This document shows, piece after piece, positions 39,819-50,505 of a stretch of DNA of 64,000 nt. Numbering within the stretch: position 1 is the first letter of the stretch; every line of letters starts with the position of its first letter. The stretch lies in the NCBI GenBank assembly GCA_965140705.1, contig OZ223300.1:1120001-1184000 (forward strand). Direction: 5' to 3'. The notes below the pieces were generated by a model. That model saw nothing but the letters and a program-made list of their open reading frames with translations. It ran no database searches and was not told where the DNA came from. This DNA is from an uncultured Arcobacter sp. Its GTDB lineage: Bacteria > Campylobacterota > Campylobacteria > Campylobacterales > Arcobacteraceae. A program made the translations under genes and the position numbers.

Positions 39819-40997
39819 CTAAGCAATTTTATTTAATAGGGTTTTTTCTTCACTTGTAAAACATTTATGAGGATATTCTACTTGTCGATTTTGAAAAGAA
39901 AGAATAGATTTATTTAAAATAACTCCAGAATCAATATTTATAGCTTGTTTAATAGTATCATTTTTATACCAAGCTTCTCTTCCTGCTAATACAGTTGGTA
40001 AATATACAATTAAAGCTGCTGAAATAGAGCGTGTCGCACTCTCCCAAAGATAACTTGGAGTATGATCAACTGCATAATAATCTACACATTTATGTTTAAA
40101 TATCGGGTTTTTAAATGTAGTTGGTTTTGCAAAATAGAATCCCATTCCTTCATCACAACTAACATCTATGATTAAACTATCAGCTTTTAAGCATGAACTC
40201 TCTTCTTTAATAATAAAATCAGTAGGATTTGCTGTATCTTGAAACACACCATTTACGATAATATCAGCTTCACTAATTAAGTCTGAAAGTGGACGAATAG
40301 AACCATCATGTTCTACTACAACCATCCGCGCTTCATTTTCATCACCTTCTTGAATTCTTACATAATGGCAGTCAAGTACTTCTTCTCTTACTTCATTATC
40401 TGGTCGTTGTACGCAAATAGTAATATCTCTAAAACCATGGGCTTTTAGAGCATAAATAGCACCACGGCTAACTGCACCAAAACCAAATATAACTATTTTA
40501 CGCTGATTTCCATAGTGACCATCTATGCCTTTTAATTGTAAAGCATGAATAACTGCACAATATCCTGCCATCTCATTATTTTTATAAAAGGTGTGTCGAC
40601 CAACTTGTCCCTCTTTTGACCAAATAAACATATCTTCAAAGGCAATAAGTGTTTGTTTGCGTTCTATTGCTATTTGGGTTATCTCTTCTTGTTGTACGCA
40701 ATGTACATATCCCCAAAGTGTTCCACCAACTTTTAGCTCTTTTAAATCAGCTAATACAGGTTTATTGATAATTACTGTACCAATATTTGCTAATAAATTA
40801 TGTCTTGTATCAATACCACCACTTAATGATGCAATTTCTTCATCTGAAATACCAAAGGGAGATCCATAACCCTCTTCAAATATTAGTTGTTCTCGTAATT
40901 CTTTTGGTATACGTGATAAATGTTTTGGATGTATTGGAAGCCTTCTTTCATCTATTTTTTTTGAAGTTCCAATAACTCCTACTTTTAACTTATGCAT
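39819..40997 (-). CDS. N5-(carboxyethyl)ornithine synthase-like protein (AlaDH/PNT superfamily)
   Basis: ERRLPIHP, EEGYG, NNEMAGYCAVIHAL, IDVSCDEGMG, VDHTPS. Confidence 0.8.
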   Translation of the reverse strand: MHKLKVGVIGTSKKIDERRLPIHPKHLSRIPKELREQLIFEEGYGSPFGISDEEIASLSGGIDTRHNLLANIGTVIINKPVLADLKELKVGGTLWGYVHCVQQEEITQIAIERKQTLIAFEDMFIWSKEGQVGRHTFYKNNEMAGYCAVIHALQLKGIDGHYGNQRKIVIFGFGAVSRGAIYALKAHGFRDITICVQRPDNEVREEVLDCHYVRIQEGDENEARMVVVEHDGSIRPLSDLISEADIIVNGVFQDTANPTDFIIKEESSCLKADSLIIDVSCDEGMGFYFAKPTTFKNPIFKHKCVDYYAVDHTPSYLWESATRSISAALIVYLPTVLAGREAWYKNDTIKQAINIDSGVILNKSILSFQNRQVEYPHKCFTSEEKTLLNKIA

Positions 40998-41024
40998 GTT
41001 TTGATTTCCTTTTAATTTGATTTA

Positions 41025-41588
41025 TTATTTAGTCTTTCTCATATTCCAAAAACTTCTTTTACTTATAAAGTCTGGACCATCATATACACTTTTTAAATCA
41101 GATACAGTATATACAGCTTTATTATCAAGTTTATTTATTAATTGAATAAGTTCAGGGATATTTCTTCTTTTTTCAACGATAAATAAAACTTCCACAGGTT
41201 TGTCTTCCCCCATATCTCCATCGACTGAAACAACTTTAAATCCCTCTTCTCGTATCTTGTCTGCTAAAATATCACGATTGAAAGAGATACAACGAATAAG
41301 TTCTTTACCAATAGCAAATCGATTTTCAATCCACATTCCCACATAAATACCACTAGCAAAACCAGCAGAATAAGCAAAAGCTAAATGCCATTGGTCAAGA
41401 TGTTTAAAAACTTGACCAGCTGCTATTAACCAAATGATGATTTCAAAAAAACCAATTGCCGATGCTAATAATTTATAGCCACGAAATATAACAATGGTAC
41501 GAAATGTTCCTAAAGAAACATCAGCAACCCTTGACAGAAATATAAGTAGTGCTAAGACATAAGGGTATTGCGCTATAAATTCAGACAT
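41025..41588 (-). CDS. UPF0316/DUF2179-type membrane protein
   Basis: RVADVSLGTFR, GFFEIIIW, AYSAGFASGIYVG, C-terminal soluble domain. Confidence 0.8.
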   Translation of the reverse strand: MSEFIAQYPYVLALLIFLSRVADVSLGTFRTIVIFRGYKLLASAIGFFEIIIWLIAAGQVFKHLDQWHLAFAYSAGFASGIYVGMWIENRFAIGKELIRCISFNRDILADKIREEGFKVVSVDGDMGEDKPVEVLFIVEKRRNIPELIQLINKLDNKAVYTVSDLKSVYDGPDFISKRSFWNMRKTK

Positions 41589-41820
41589 TTTTGTCTCTTG
41601 TTTTGTTCATTTATTGATTTCCTTTAAGAAATTCTATAGGTATAACTTTATGAACGATGTATCAGTTTCGAAGATATGTCTATTTTTGTTTTGCTCTGTT
41701 TTAGATGTTTAAGAGTTTTAATTTTATACAAGTAACGGGGTATCAAGCCTAAGAAGCGACTTTCAAATTAGTGTAATACACGATTATTATTTGAGTTTAT
41801 CTGAATAAAATTTTTATTGC

Positions 41821-41846
41821 AAGCTCCTTAAGATTTTAAGGGGCTT
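41821..41846 (-). terminator. Terminator hairpin after the 2-hydroxyacid dehydrogenase
   Basis: AAGCTCCTTAA / TTAAGGGGCTT imperfect inverted repeat 20 nt past the stop. Confidence 0.55.
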
Positions 41847-41865
41847 ATTAATTAATGCTAGATAA

Positions 41866-42828
41866 TTATTTAGCTAAGTTTTGTGCTTCACCTTTTGCAA
41901 AGGCTATAACATTTTCAAAAGCTATTTTAAAATAGAGTTCATAGCTATTTTTTTCAACATAACCAAGATGTGGAGAACAAAGTACATTTTCTAAACTTAA
42001 TAAGGATTCATTTTCTTTTGTAGCAGGTTCATTTTCAAAAACATCTATTACTGCTCTTTTAGAAGGATTCTTTGACAACTCTTCATATAAAGCACCACTT
42101 TGTACTAACTGGGCTCGACTTGTATTTACAAATAAAGAGTCAGGTTTCATAAGTTGTAAATCTGCTTTCGTTACACACTCATTTGTAGTTTCATTTAGTC
42201 GTAAATGTAAAGTAATTATGTCTGATTCCTTAAAAAATTTCTCTTTTGAAGAAGTTGCCTCAAAGCCATGCTCTTTTGCTAAAATTTGTGATGGTTCTCT
42301 TCCTAAAACCAAAACATTCATACCAAAGGCATTTGCATATTTGGCAATTTTTTGACCAATTTTCCCATATCCCCAAATACCAAGAGTAAGACCATCTAAC
42401 GTTCTTCCTAATCCCAAATTACCAGATTGTTGCCAAATATTTTGTGATAGATTAGAAACATATTCAGGAATATTTCTAGAAGCTGCCATAATCAAACTCC
42501 AGCATAATTCAGATGGAGCAATAGGTGAACCAATACCTTCTGCAACTTCCACATTATATTTTTTACATAAATCAAGATTGATATGGTTGCTTATTTTTCC
42601 AGTTTGACTAATAAGTTTTAGTTTTGGAAGTTTTGATAAAAGTTCTTCTGTTATAATAGTTCTTTCTCTAATTAAAACTAAAGCATCAAAATCAGCTAAC
42701 TTGGAAGCTAATTCATCACTATTTGTATAGGTATCATTAAATATTTTTACTTCATAATTGGCTAAAAGTTTAAAACAATCAAGATTTTTCACTACATCTT
42801 GATAGTCATCTAATATTGCTATTTTCAT
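41866..42828 (-). CDS. D-2-hydroxyacid dehydrogenase family protein
   Basis: ILDDYQ, IRERT, GYGKIG, NTSR, DVFENEP, SPHLGY. Confidence 0.9.
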   Translation of the reverse strand: MKIAILDDYQDVVKNLDCFKLLANYEVKIFNDTYTNSDELASKLADFDALVLIRERTIITEELLSKLPKLKLISQTGKISNHINLDLCKKYNVEVAEGIGSPIAPSELCWSLIMAASRNIPEYVSNLSQNIWQQSGNLGLGRTLDGLTLGIWGYGKIGQKIAKYANAFGMNVLVLGREPSQILAKEHGFEATSSKEKFFKESDIITLHLRLNETTNECVTKADLQLMKPDSLFVNTSRAQLVQSGALYEELSKNPSKRAVIDVFENEPATKENESLLSLENVLCSPHLGYVEKNSYELYFKIAFENVIAFAKGEAQNLAK

Positions 42829-42952
42829 TAAATTTCCTTTTATTCCTTTTGTTCATTGTATTTTAACTAATTCAAATAAAAATCAACATATGTAAAGGAC
42901 AAAGCATTCTTTTTTGATTATTATTCTAAAATATATTTATTAAAGGATTATT

Positions 42953-43834
42953 TTGACAAATCAGATTAAAGCACATATTTTACTTTTGATTGCCACTTTT
43001 TTAGTAGCAGGTTCATTTATCGCTTCCCAAAAGCTTTCTGGGGTGATTGATCCCATATCTCTTACCCTTTGTCGTTTTGTTTTTGCTTCTATTATCTTAT
43101 CTCCCTTTATTTTTATAAATGAAAAATATCGAAGTAAAGTATTATCAACACTTCCAAGGGGTATGATTATTGGATTTTTTTATTCCCTATATTTTATAGG
43201 ATTATTCAAAGCCTTAGAGAGTACAACAGCTTTAAATACAGGAACACTTTTTACTTTGGTACCATTGATTACTGCTGTATTTGCAATATTTTTGCTTAAA
43301 CAAAAATTTGGATTAATACAGTTTATAACTTATTTAGTAGGTATTATTGGAACTTGTATTGTCATATTTAAAGGAAATTTAGAACTATTTTTAAAGTTTG
43401 AATTAAATGAGGGTGATATTATATTTTTATTTGCAATCATATCTATGTCTTTGTATTCTATATCTACAAAGTTTGTGCATAAAAAAGGTGATGAGCTTAT
43501 TGTATTGGTTTTTACAACTTTATTAAGTGGAATTATCTGGATGTCAATAGCTTTATTGGTTATGGATATACCTTTACAATGGGGAAAAATATCTGGAGAC
43601 TTAGTTTATTATATGCTTTATTTGATTATTGGGGCAACTATACTTACTGTTTATTTATATCAACAAGCATCCATAAATCTAGGTCCCAAAAAAGTCATGG
43701 CATATGTTTATATAAATCCAGCTTGTATTGCTTTATTGATGTTTCTAATCCATGGAGAACTAATTGGACTAAAAGTATTAATTGGTATTTTAATATCTTC
43801 TCTAGCCACAATAATACTTTTATCAAAGGATTAG
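42953..43834 (+). CDS. DMT/EamA family transporter
   Basis: 10 TM segments forming two EamA repeats. Confidence 0.85.
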   Translation: MTNQIKAHILLLIATFLVAGSFIASQKLSGVIDPISLTLCRFVFASIILSPFIFINEKYRSKVLSTLPRGMIIGFFYSLYFIGLFKALESTTALNTGTLFTLVPLITAVFAIFLLKQKFGLIQFITYLVGIIGTCIVIFKGNLELFLKFELNEGDIIFLFAIISMSLYSISTKFVHKKGDELIVLVFTTLLSGIIWMSIALLVMDIPLQWGKISGDLVYYMLYLIIGATILTVYLYQQASINLGPKKVMAYVYINPACIALLMFLIHGELIGLKVLIGILISSLATIILLSKD

Positions 43835-44706
43835 TTTAATTTATCTTTTAAGTACTCTATAAAAGTTTGAAAGAGAAGATTTTTTTGTTTATCCTTATGG
43901 TAAATCAAATAAAATTCTCTTTTAAACTCAAAGTTTTTTAGTTTTATTTCAAAGAGTTGTTTACTTTTAAGTTCCTTTTCAACAGCAACTTTTGAGATGG
44001 CAGTTACACAATCATTATTGTCAATTAGTATTTTTTTAATCTCTTCAAAACCATGCAGTTCCATAAAGATATTTAGACTATTTGCATGTTTCCCTAACTT
44101 GTTTATAAATACTTCTCTAGTTCCAGACCCAACTTCCCTTAGTATCCATTTTTTCTCTATTGTATCTATGTAACTCTCTTTTGGGTAGTTCTTGTCACTA
44201 GTTACAATAATAAGTTCATCTTCATATAACTTTTCTCTTAATATATTTATGTGTGTATAATCTGTCTCTATTAGACCTATATCTAGTTTAGAATCTAATA
44301 TTCTTTCTAATATTTTTGTTGAATTTATTGTTTCAATATCAAATTTTACTTCATTGTATAGTGATAAAAAATCATAATAAATATCAGGCATGATATAGTT
44401 AGATATAGTTTTACTAGCTGCTATTTTCATATGTCCTGCTAGTTTATCTTTTTGAAAAATAGTTTGGGCATCTTTTATTGCTAAGTAGTGAGGGTAGGTT
44501 GTATCTTTAAAAAATCTTCCCCTTTCATTTAGTACTAATTTTTTCCCAACTCTATCAAATAGTTGTTCATTTAGCTTCTTTTCTAAAGACTTTATTGCTA
44601 TTGAGATAGCTGATTGACTTATGTTTAGCTCTTGGGCTACTTGTGTTACTTGTGGATTATCACTTAGTTTATAGAAAAAATTTAGCTCTTTTAGGGTCAT
44701 AATCAT
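43831..44706 (-). CDS. LysR family regulator (YeiE/CysL-like)
   Basis: HTH LNISQSAIS...LFDR, REVGSGTR; divergent from a yeiH-like gene. Confidence 0.9.
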   Translation of the reverse strand: MIMTLKELNFFYKLSDNPQVTQVAQELNISQSAISIAIKSLEKKLNEQLFDRVGKKLVLNERGRFFKDTTYPHYLAIKDAQTIFQKDKLAGHMKIAASKTISNYIMPDIYYDFLSLYNEVKFDIETINSTKILERILDSKLDIGLIETDYTHINILREKLYEDELIIVTSDKNYPKESYIDTIEKKWILREVGSGTREVFINKLGKHANSLNIFMELHGFEEIKKILIDNNDCVTAISKVAVEKELKSKQLFEIKLKNFEFKREFYLIYHKDKQKNLLFQTFIEYLKDKLN

Positions 44707-44803
44707 TCCTTATATAAAATATTTATTATTATATTAAAAATAATATATTTTACTTATTAAAATGAGACTGTTATACTTCAAAAAATAAAAAAAAGGAACT
44801 AAG

Positions 44804-45832
44804 ATGTCTTTTAGTAAACATAATAGAAAAGGAACAATAAATGGAATTATTTTTGTTGCCTTATTCTCTTTATTGGCAATATATATTTCAAATCTAGCAA
44901 TATTTAAAAATATAGGAATAAGCCCATTGATTATAGGTATTGTAATAGGGATGATATATGCCAATACTGTAAAAAGTAAATTCCCTCAAACTTGGAACAC
45001 TGGTATAAAATTCTCTACAAAAACAATTTTAAGATTGGGTATTGTTCTTTATGGTTTTAGATTGACTTTACAAAACTTACAAGATGTAGGTTTACAAGGA
45101 TTTACAGTAGCAATTTTAGTTGTAAGTTTTACTTTTATAATAGGATATTTTATAGGGGTAAAAATATTAAAGATGGATAAAGAATTAACTATCTTAATTA
45201 GTGCAGGAAGTTCTATTTGTGGAGCAGCAGCAGTTTTAGCCACTGAGTCAGTATTAAAATCACAAGCATACAAAAGTGCAATTGCAGTTTCAACTGTGGT
45301 TATTTTTGGAACAATAGCTATGTTTTTATATCCTTTTATGTATAAAGCAGGACTTGTACCCTTTGATGCAACTAATATGGGGGTATATATTGGAGGAACA
45401 CTTCACGAAGTAGCACATGTAGTAGGTGCTGGTAATGCCATAAGTAGCACAGTAGCAGAAAATGCAGTTATTGTTAAGATGATAAGAGTTATGTTATTAG
45501 CTCCATTTTTGATAATCTTATCTATATTTATAATTAAAACTGGAATATCAAAAAGTGAAGAGAAAAAGAAAATCACTATCCCTTGGTTTGCAGTTATGTT
45601 TATCTTTGTAGTTATATTTAATTCATTTGACTTTATTTCTGCAAAAGGTGTAAATCTTATTAATATTTTTGATACTTTTGCTTTAACTATGGCAATGACT
45701 GCTTTAGGGATGGAAACTAGTTTTGATAAGTTTAAAGGTGTGGGATTTAAGCCCATAATTTTAGCAACTATTCTATTTATTTGGTTAGTTTTAGGAGGTT
45801 TTTATATAGTTAAGTTTACCATTGGGTTATAA
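44804..45832 (+). CDS. YeiH/UPF0324 family membrane protein
   Basis: LRLGIVLYG, GSSICGAAAV, HEVAHVV, KMIRV. Confidence 0.9.
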   Translation: MSFSKHNRKGTINGIIFVALFSLLAIYISNLAIFKNIGISPLIIGIVIGMIYANTVKSKFPQTWNTGIKFSTKTILRLGIVLYGFRLTLQNLQDVGLQGFTVAILVVSFTFIIGYFIGVKILKMDKELTILISAGSSICGAAAVLATESVLKSQAYKSAIAVSTVVIFGTIAMFLYPFMYKAGLVPFDATNMGVYIGGTLHEVAHVVGAGNAISSTVAENAVIVKMIRVMLLAPFLIILSIFIIKTGISKSEEKKKITIPWFAVMFIFVVIFNSFDFISAKGVNLINIFDTFALTMAMTALGMETSFDKFKGVGFKPIILATILFIWLVLGGFYIVKFTIGL

Positions 45833-45915
45833 TTTTATATTAATTAATTAAAAGCACACTTTTTACAAACTTAATTAGTATAATATTTGTTAATTAAATT
45901 ATTAAAAGAGGGGCT

Positions 45916-47328
45916 ATGGAAACTTTACATAGAATAGAGAAAGATTTTTTGGGTGAAAAAGAGATACCTTTAGATAAGTATTATGGAATACAAACACTAA
46001 GAGCAAAAGAGAATTTTTATATTACGAAAACAGATATATCATTATTTCCAAATTTTATAAAATCACTTGCAAGAGTGAAAAAAGCTTGTGCTTTGACAAA
46101 CTTTGAGTTGGGTGATTTAACAGATGCTCAAAGAGATGCAATAGTTCAAGCTTGTAATGAAATTATTGATGGGAAGTTTCATGACCAATTTATAGTAGAT
46201 CCAATCCAAGGAGGAGCTGGAACATCTACAAATATGAATGCAAATGAAGTAATTGCAAATAGAGCCTTAGAAATTATGGGTAAACCAAAAAGTGCATATG
46301 AATTTGTTCATCCAAATAATCATATCAATATGAGTCAATCTACTAATGATGTATATCCAACAGCTATTAAACTTACACTTCATGAATTAATTTATAAACT
46401 AAAAGATTCTTTGAGATTTTTAAGGGATTGTTTTGAAGAAAAATCAGTTGAATTTAAAGACGTACTTAAAATGGGAAGAACTCAACTTCAAGATGCAGTT
46501 CCTATGACACTTGGACAAGAGTTTAAAACTTATGCAGTTATGATTGATGAAGATATTTATAGACTAAGAGATGCACAAACACTTTTAAAAGAGGTAAATC
46601 TTGGAGCTACAGCAATTGGTACAGGTATTAACTCTAAAGCTGCTTATCAAAGAAAAGTTATTAGTAATCTAAGAGAAGTAACAGGAGTAGATTATGTAGC
46701 TGCTGGTGATTTAATAGAAGCTACTCAAGATACTGGTGCTTTTGTTCATATCTCAGGAATACTAAAAAGAGTTGCAATAAAAGTTTCTAAAATATGTAAT
46801 GACCTTAGACTTTTAAGTTCAGGACCAAGAGCAGGATTCAATGAAATAAATCTTCCTCCAATGCAACCAGGAAGTTCTATCATGCCCGGAAAAGTAAATC
46901 CAGTTATTCCTGAAGTAGTAAATCAAGTTGCCTTTGAAGTAATAGGTGCAGATACTACTATTTCTATTGCTTGTGAAGGTGGACAATTACAACTTAATGT
47001 ATTTGAACCAATTATTGCATACAAACTATTCACTTCTATAAATATGATGAGAAGAGCATTTTATACTTTAGGTGAAAAATGTGTTAAAGGTATCACTGCA
47101 AATGAAGATGTTTGTATGAATAATATCTTAAATTCTGTTACTTTAGTAACTTGCCTAAATCCAATCTTAGGATATGAAAAAAGTTCAGCTCTTGCAAAAG
47201 AAGCTTTAGCAACAAATAAAAGAGTATATGACATTATTTTAGAACAAGAATTATTTACAAAAGAGGAATTAGATGAGTTATTAAAACCTGAAAATATGGT
47301 AAATAACTTAATAAAGGAAGTTCAATGA
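45916..47328 (+). CDS. aspA: Aspartate ammonia-lyase
   Basis: QGGAGTSTNMN, QSTND, GRTQLQDA, GSSIMPGKVNP. Confidence 0.95.
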   Translation: METLHRIEKDFLGEKEIPLDKYYGIQTLRAKENFYITKTDISLFPNFIKSLARVKKACALTNFELGDLTDAQRDAIVQACNEIIDGKFHDQFIVDPIQGGAGTSTNMNANEVIANRALEIMGKPKSAYEFVHPNNHINMSQSTNDVYPTAIKLTLHELIYKLKDSLRFLRDCFEEKSVEFKDVLKMGRTQLQDAVPMTLGQEFKTYAVMIDEDIYRLRDAQTLLKEVNLGATAIGTGINSKAAYQRKVISNLREVTGVDYVAAGDLIEATQDTGAFVHISGILKRVAIKVSKICNDLRLLSSGPRAGFNEINLPPMQPGSSIMPGKVNPVIPEVVNQVAFEVIGADTTISIACEGGQLQLNVFEPIIAYKLFTSINMMRRAFYTLGEKCVKGITANEDVCMNNILNSVTLVTCLNPILGYEKSSALAKEALATNKRVYDIILEQELFTKEELDELLKPENMVNNLIKEVQ

Positions 47329-47816
47329 AAATCACTGTTTTAAATACTGGCGGAACTTTTAATAAAAGATATAATCCTATCAAAGGTGAACTTGAAGTTC
47401 CTACTGATAATTTAGCATTGGACAAGATAGTTAAATCTTGTCACAATGTAACTTTTGATATTAAAAATATTGTTTCTAAAGATAGCTTGTATTTTACAGA
47501 TGAAGATAGAGAAACTATTTTAAAAGAAGTTCAAAATAGTACAAGTGATAAAATCATAATCATACATGGAACAGATACAGTTGATTTAACATCAAAGTTC
47601 TTTGATGGGAAAATTGAAGGTAAAGTAATAGTTTTCACAGGTGCTATGGTTCCAATGAGTATTGATGAAGTTGAAGCTACTATGAACTTTTCTCAAGCTT
47701 TAGGTTTCTTAAATGCTGAGGTGAAACCTGGTATTTATATCTCTATGCATGGGGTTGTAGTGGAGCATAGTAGACTTAAAAAAGATAGATCTGTAGGACA
47801 ATTTTTAATTAATTAG
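47325..47816 (+). CDS. Short asparaginase-domain protein
   Basis: NTGGT and HGTDT catalytic motifs, TGAMVP; 163 aa; ATGA overlap with aspA. Confidence 0.85.
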   Translation: MKITVLNTGGTFNKRYNPIKGELEVPTDNLALDKIVKSCHNVTFDIKNIVSKDSLYFTDEDRETILKEVQNSTSDKIIIIHGTDTVDLTSKFFDGKIEGKVIVFTGAMVPMSIDEVEATMNFSQALGFLNAEVKPGIYISMHGVVVEHSRLKKDRSVGQFLIN

Positions 47817-47879
47817 CTATATTTAATAAAGTTTCATTATAATTGTATCAGTTGAAACAATTATGAAACAGGTAGATAA

Positions 47880-50489
47880 ATGCTTATTAAAAATAAAAAG
47901 AAATACACCTTATCAGATATAGAGCGATTATATTCACAAATACCACTTATATTTATAATTGTAATCGCTCTATTATCTTTCCTTATTACTTTTTTTATTT
48001 TGGATTCTAAACAAAGTAGAGAAATAGACCTTTTAAAACAAAAATACTTTTTAAACTATGAATTTACTAAAAAAGAAGAGATAACTACATTTACCTCTTA
48101 TATAGATAAAAAATTAAAAAATAGTTTTTCTAAAGAAGAGATTCACCTTAAAAATATCACTTATAAAGTAGTTGGATTTTTACAAGCAAATAAATTAAAA
48201 GATAAGAAAAACTTAGATAAATATATAAAGAATATAGAAAATACAAATGATTTGAATATTGTAATTTTTACAAAAGATGATTTGAAAATTTTATATGGTG
48301 AAAGTTCTATTTTATATCTGCAAAACCTAATTTATAGTTATAAAGATAAAAAATACAAAGAGTTTATTTTAAAATATATATATTCCCAAGGTAATGATAA
48401 TCTTCAATATTGGAAAGATGATGTTGCACGAACAGTGAGATTGAGTTTTTTCGATAGACTAACTATCCATAATAAAGAGTACTTTATTGGCTCTTTTTCC
48501 ACAATAAATTCAATCAAAGAGATTACAAAAACAGCTATTATAAATGCAATTAATAATAAAAATTTCAAAATATGGTTTTATGATATTATTTCTCAAAAGA
48601 CATATAACTTTAATGGTAATAAAAAATACGAAGATTCTAGTGAGATATTTAAAAATAAGAAATATAATAAATCATATGAAATAATAAAACATTATTTGAA
48701 TAATTTTGATTATAGTGATGAGTTTAAAAGCTTTAGTTACTTTTATGATAAATTTGATTTTTTAGTCTCTGCTTTTTATGATAAAGCCATTATTAAAAAT
48801 CAGTTAAAAGATACAATTTATAAAATCAAAAAAGAGTATAGAAATTTACTATTTAGAATATTTATGTATATTTTAGTTGGGGCTGGGTTTCTTATTTTAC
48901 TTACTTATCTTTTTACAAGTTTTATTAAAACCATTATTACAGAATACAATGATGAACTTGAGGATAGAAGAGTATCTTTAATCCATTGGAAAAAAAGATT
49001 TGAATTGGCAATTATTGCCTCAAATGATGGCTTATGGGATATAGATTTTAAGACTAAAAAAATATATTTTTCAGATAAATGGTTAGATATGTTTGGATAT
49101 AAAAAGGAAGAGTTAGAAACATTTTCTGATTGGTTTGAATTGATTCATAATGAAGATAAAGTAAAGGTGGAAAAGCTTTTTGATAAGATATTTGCAAAAG
49201 CAGGTGATACTTTTATTTGTGAATATAGATTAAAAACAAAAAGTGAAGGCTTTAAGTGGGTACTTGCAAGGGGTAAATCTTTTGTTGATGAAAATAATGA
49301 ATTAGACAGAATGCTTATGATGTCTATGGATATAGACAAAAATAAAAGAATGAAAAAAGAGTTATTGGATATTGAGCTTTTAGTTGAAGATGGAAAAATC
49401 GTAATCTTTAAGCTTATCAATGATGAGAATTTATCTGTTCAATATATCTCAAATAGTATTCAAACTTTTGGATTTAGTAAAAATATGTTTGAAAAAGAGA
49501 ATATGAGATTTATGAATCTTATTCATAAAGAAGATGTTGCAAATGTGCAAGTAGCTATTAATGCGGCAGTAAAAAAAGATCTACCAAACTTCACTTTTAC
49601 TTGTAGAATAATTAATGCTGCAAATGAAGTAAGATGGATATCAAGTAGGGTAATTCTTATCAAAAATCATTCAGGACAAGTAAGTCATTTCTATGGGTAT
49701 TTAAATGACATCACAAAAATAAAATTAAGTGAAGAGGAACTTAAATTAAAAGTTGAAGAGGAACTTGCTAAAAATAGAGAGAAAGATAGAATCTTAATCC
49801 AACAAAACAAATTAGCAGCTATGGGAGAGATGTTGGGAAATATCGCCCACCAATGGAGACAGCCACTTAATAATGTATCTTTGATACTCCAATTTTTAAG
49901 GGATAATTACAAAAACAAAGATGTAAATGATGAAAAACTTGATAAGTTTATGAATAAGGCAAATAAACACATAGAGTATATGAGTGAGACAATAGATGAT
50001 TTTAGAAACTTCTATAGACCTTCAAAAACTAAAAATGAGTTTTATGTAAATGAGTGTATAGATACCTTACTTTATATGGTAAAAAATCAATATGAAAGCC
50101 AAAATATAAAAATAAATTTTGAGTATGAAGAAGTAAAAATAACAAACTATGAAAATGAACTAAAACAAGCTTTATTAAATATCTTAAATAATGCAAAAGA
50201 TGCTTTATTGATGAGAAAAGAGAAAGAAAACTTTGATGCACATATAGATATAACATTGAAAAAAGATAATGAAAAAATGAATATAGAGATAACTAACAAT
50301 GGTGGGAATATAGAAGAAGAGATTCTATATAAAATTTACGAGCCATACTTTACAACAAAGTTTGAGATGCAAGGTACAGGAATAGGTCTTTATATGACAA
50401 AATCAATTATAGAAACTAATATGAAAGGAAAAATCGAAGTAGAAAATATAAGTGAGGGTGTGAAGTTTATTATCACACTAAATATCTAA
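47880..50489 (+). CDS. Sensor histidine kinase with a large periplasmic region and two PAS domains
   Basis: Two TM segments, PAS (NDGLWD...), IAHQWRQPL, GTGIGLY. Confidence 0.92.
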   Translation: MLIKNKKKYTLSDIERLYSQIPLIFIIVIALLSFLITFFILDSKQSREIDLLKQKYFLNYEFTKKEEITTFTSYIDKKLKNSFSKEEIHLKNITYKVVGFLQANKLKDKKNLDKYIKNIENTNDLNIVIFTKDDLKILYGESSILYLQNLIYSYKDKKYKEFILKYIYSQGNDNLQYWKDDVARTVRLSFFDRLTIHNKEYFIGSFSTINSIKEITKTAIINAINNKNFKIWFYDIISQKTYNFNGNKKYEDSSEIFKNKKYNKSYEIIKHYLNNFDYSDEFKSFSYFYDKFDFLVSAFYDKAIIKNQLKDTIYKIKKEYRNLLFRIFMYILVGAGFLILLTYLFTSFIKTIITEYNDELEDRRVSLIHWKKRFELAIIASNDGLWDIDFKTKKIYFSDKWLDMFGYKKEELETFSDWFELIHNEDKVKVEKLFDKIFAKAGDTFICEYRLKTKSEGFKWVLARGKSFVDENNELDRMLMMSMDIDKNKRMKKELLDIELLVEDGKIVIFKLINDENLSVQYISNSIQTFGFSKNMFEKENMRFMNLIHKEDVANVQVAINAAVKKDLPNFTFTCRIINAANEVRWISSRVILIKNHSGQVSHFYGYLNDITKIKLSEEELKLKVEEELAKNREKDRILIQQNKLAAMGEMLGNIAHQWRQPLNNVSLILQFLRDNYKNKDVNDEKLDKFMNKANKHIEYMSETIDDFRNFYRPSKTKNEFYVNECIDTLLYMVKNQYESQNIKINFEYEEVKITNYENELKQALLNILNNAKDALLMRKEKENFDAHIDITLKKDNEKMNIEITNNGGNIEEEILYKIYEPYFTTKFEMQGTGIGLYMTKSIIETNMKGKIEVENISEGVKFIITLNI

Positions 50490-50505
50490 CTTCTAAGGAT
50501 AACAA

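Noticed and set aside
41630..41820. Possible attC site or IS end upstream of the DUF2179 gene
   Set aside because: No complementary R''/R' boxes or terminal inverted repeats could be identified.
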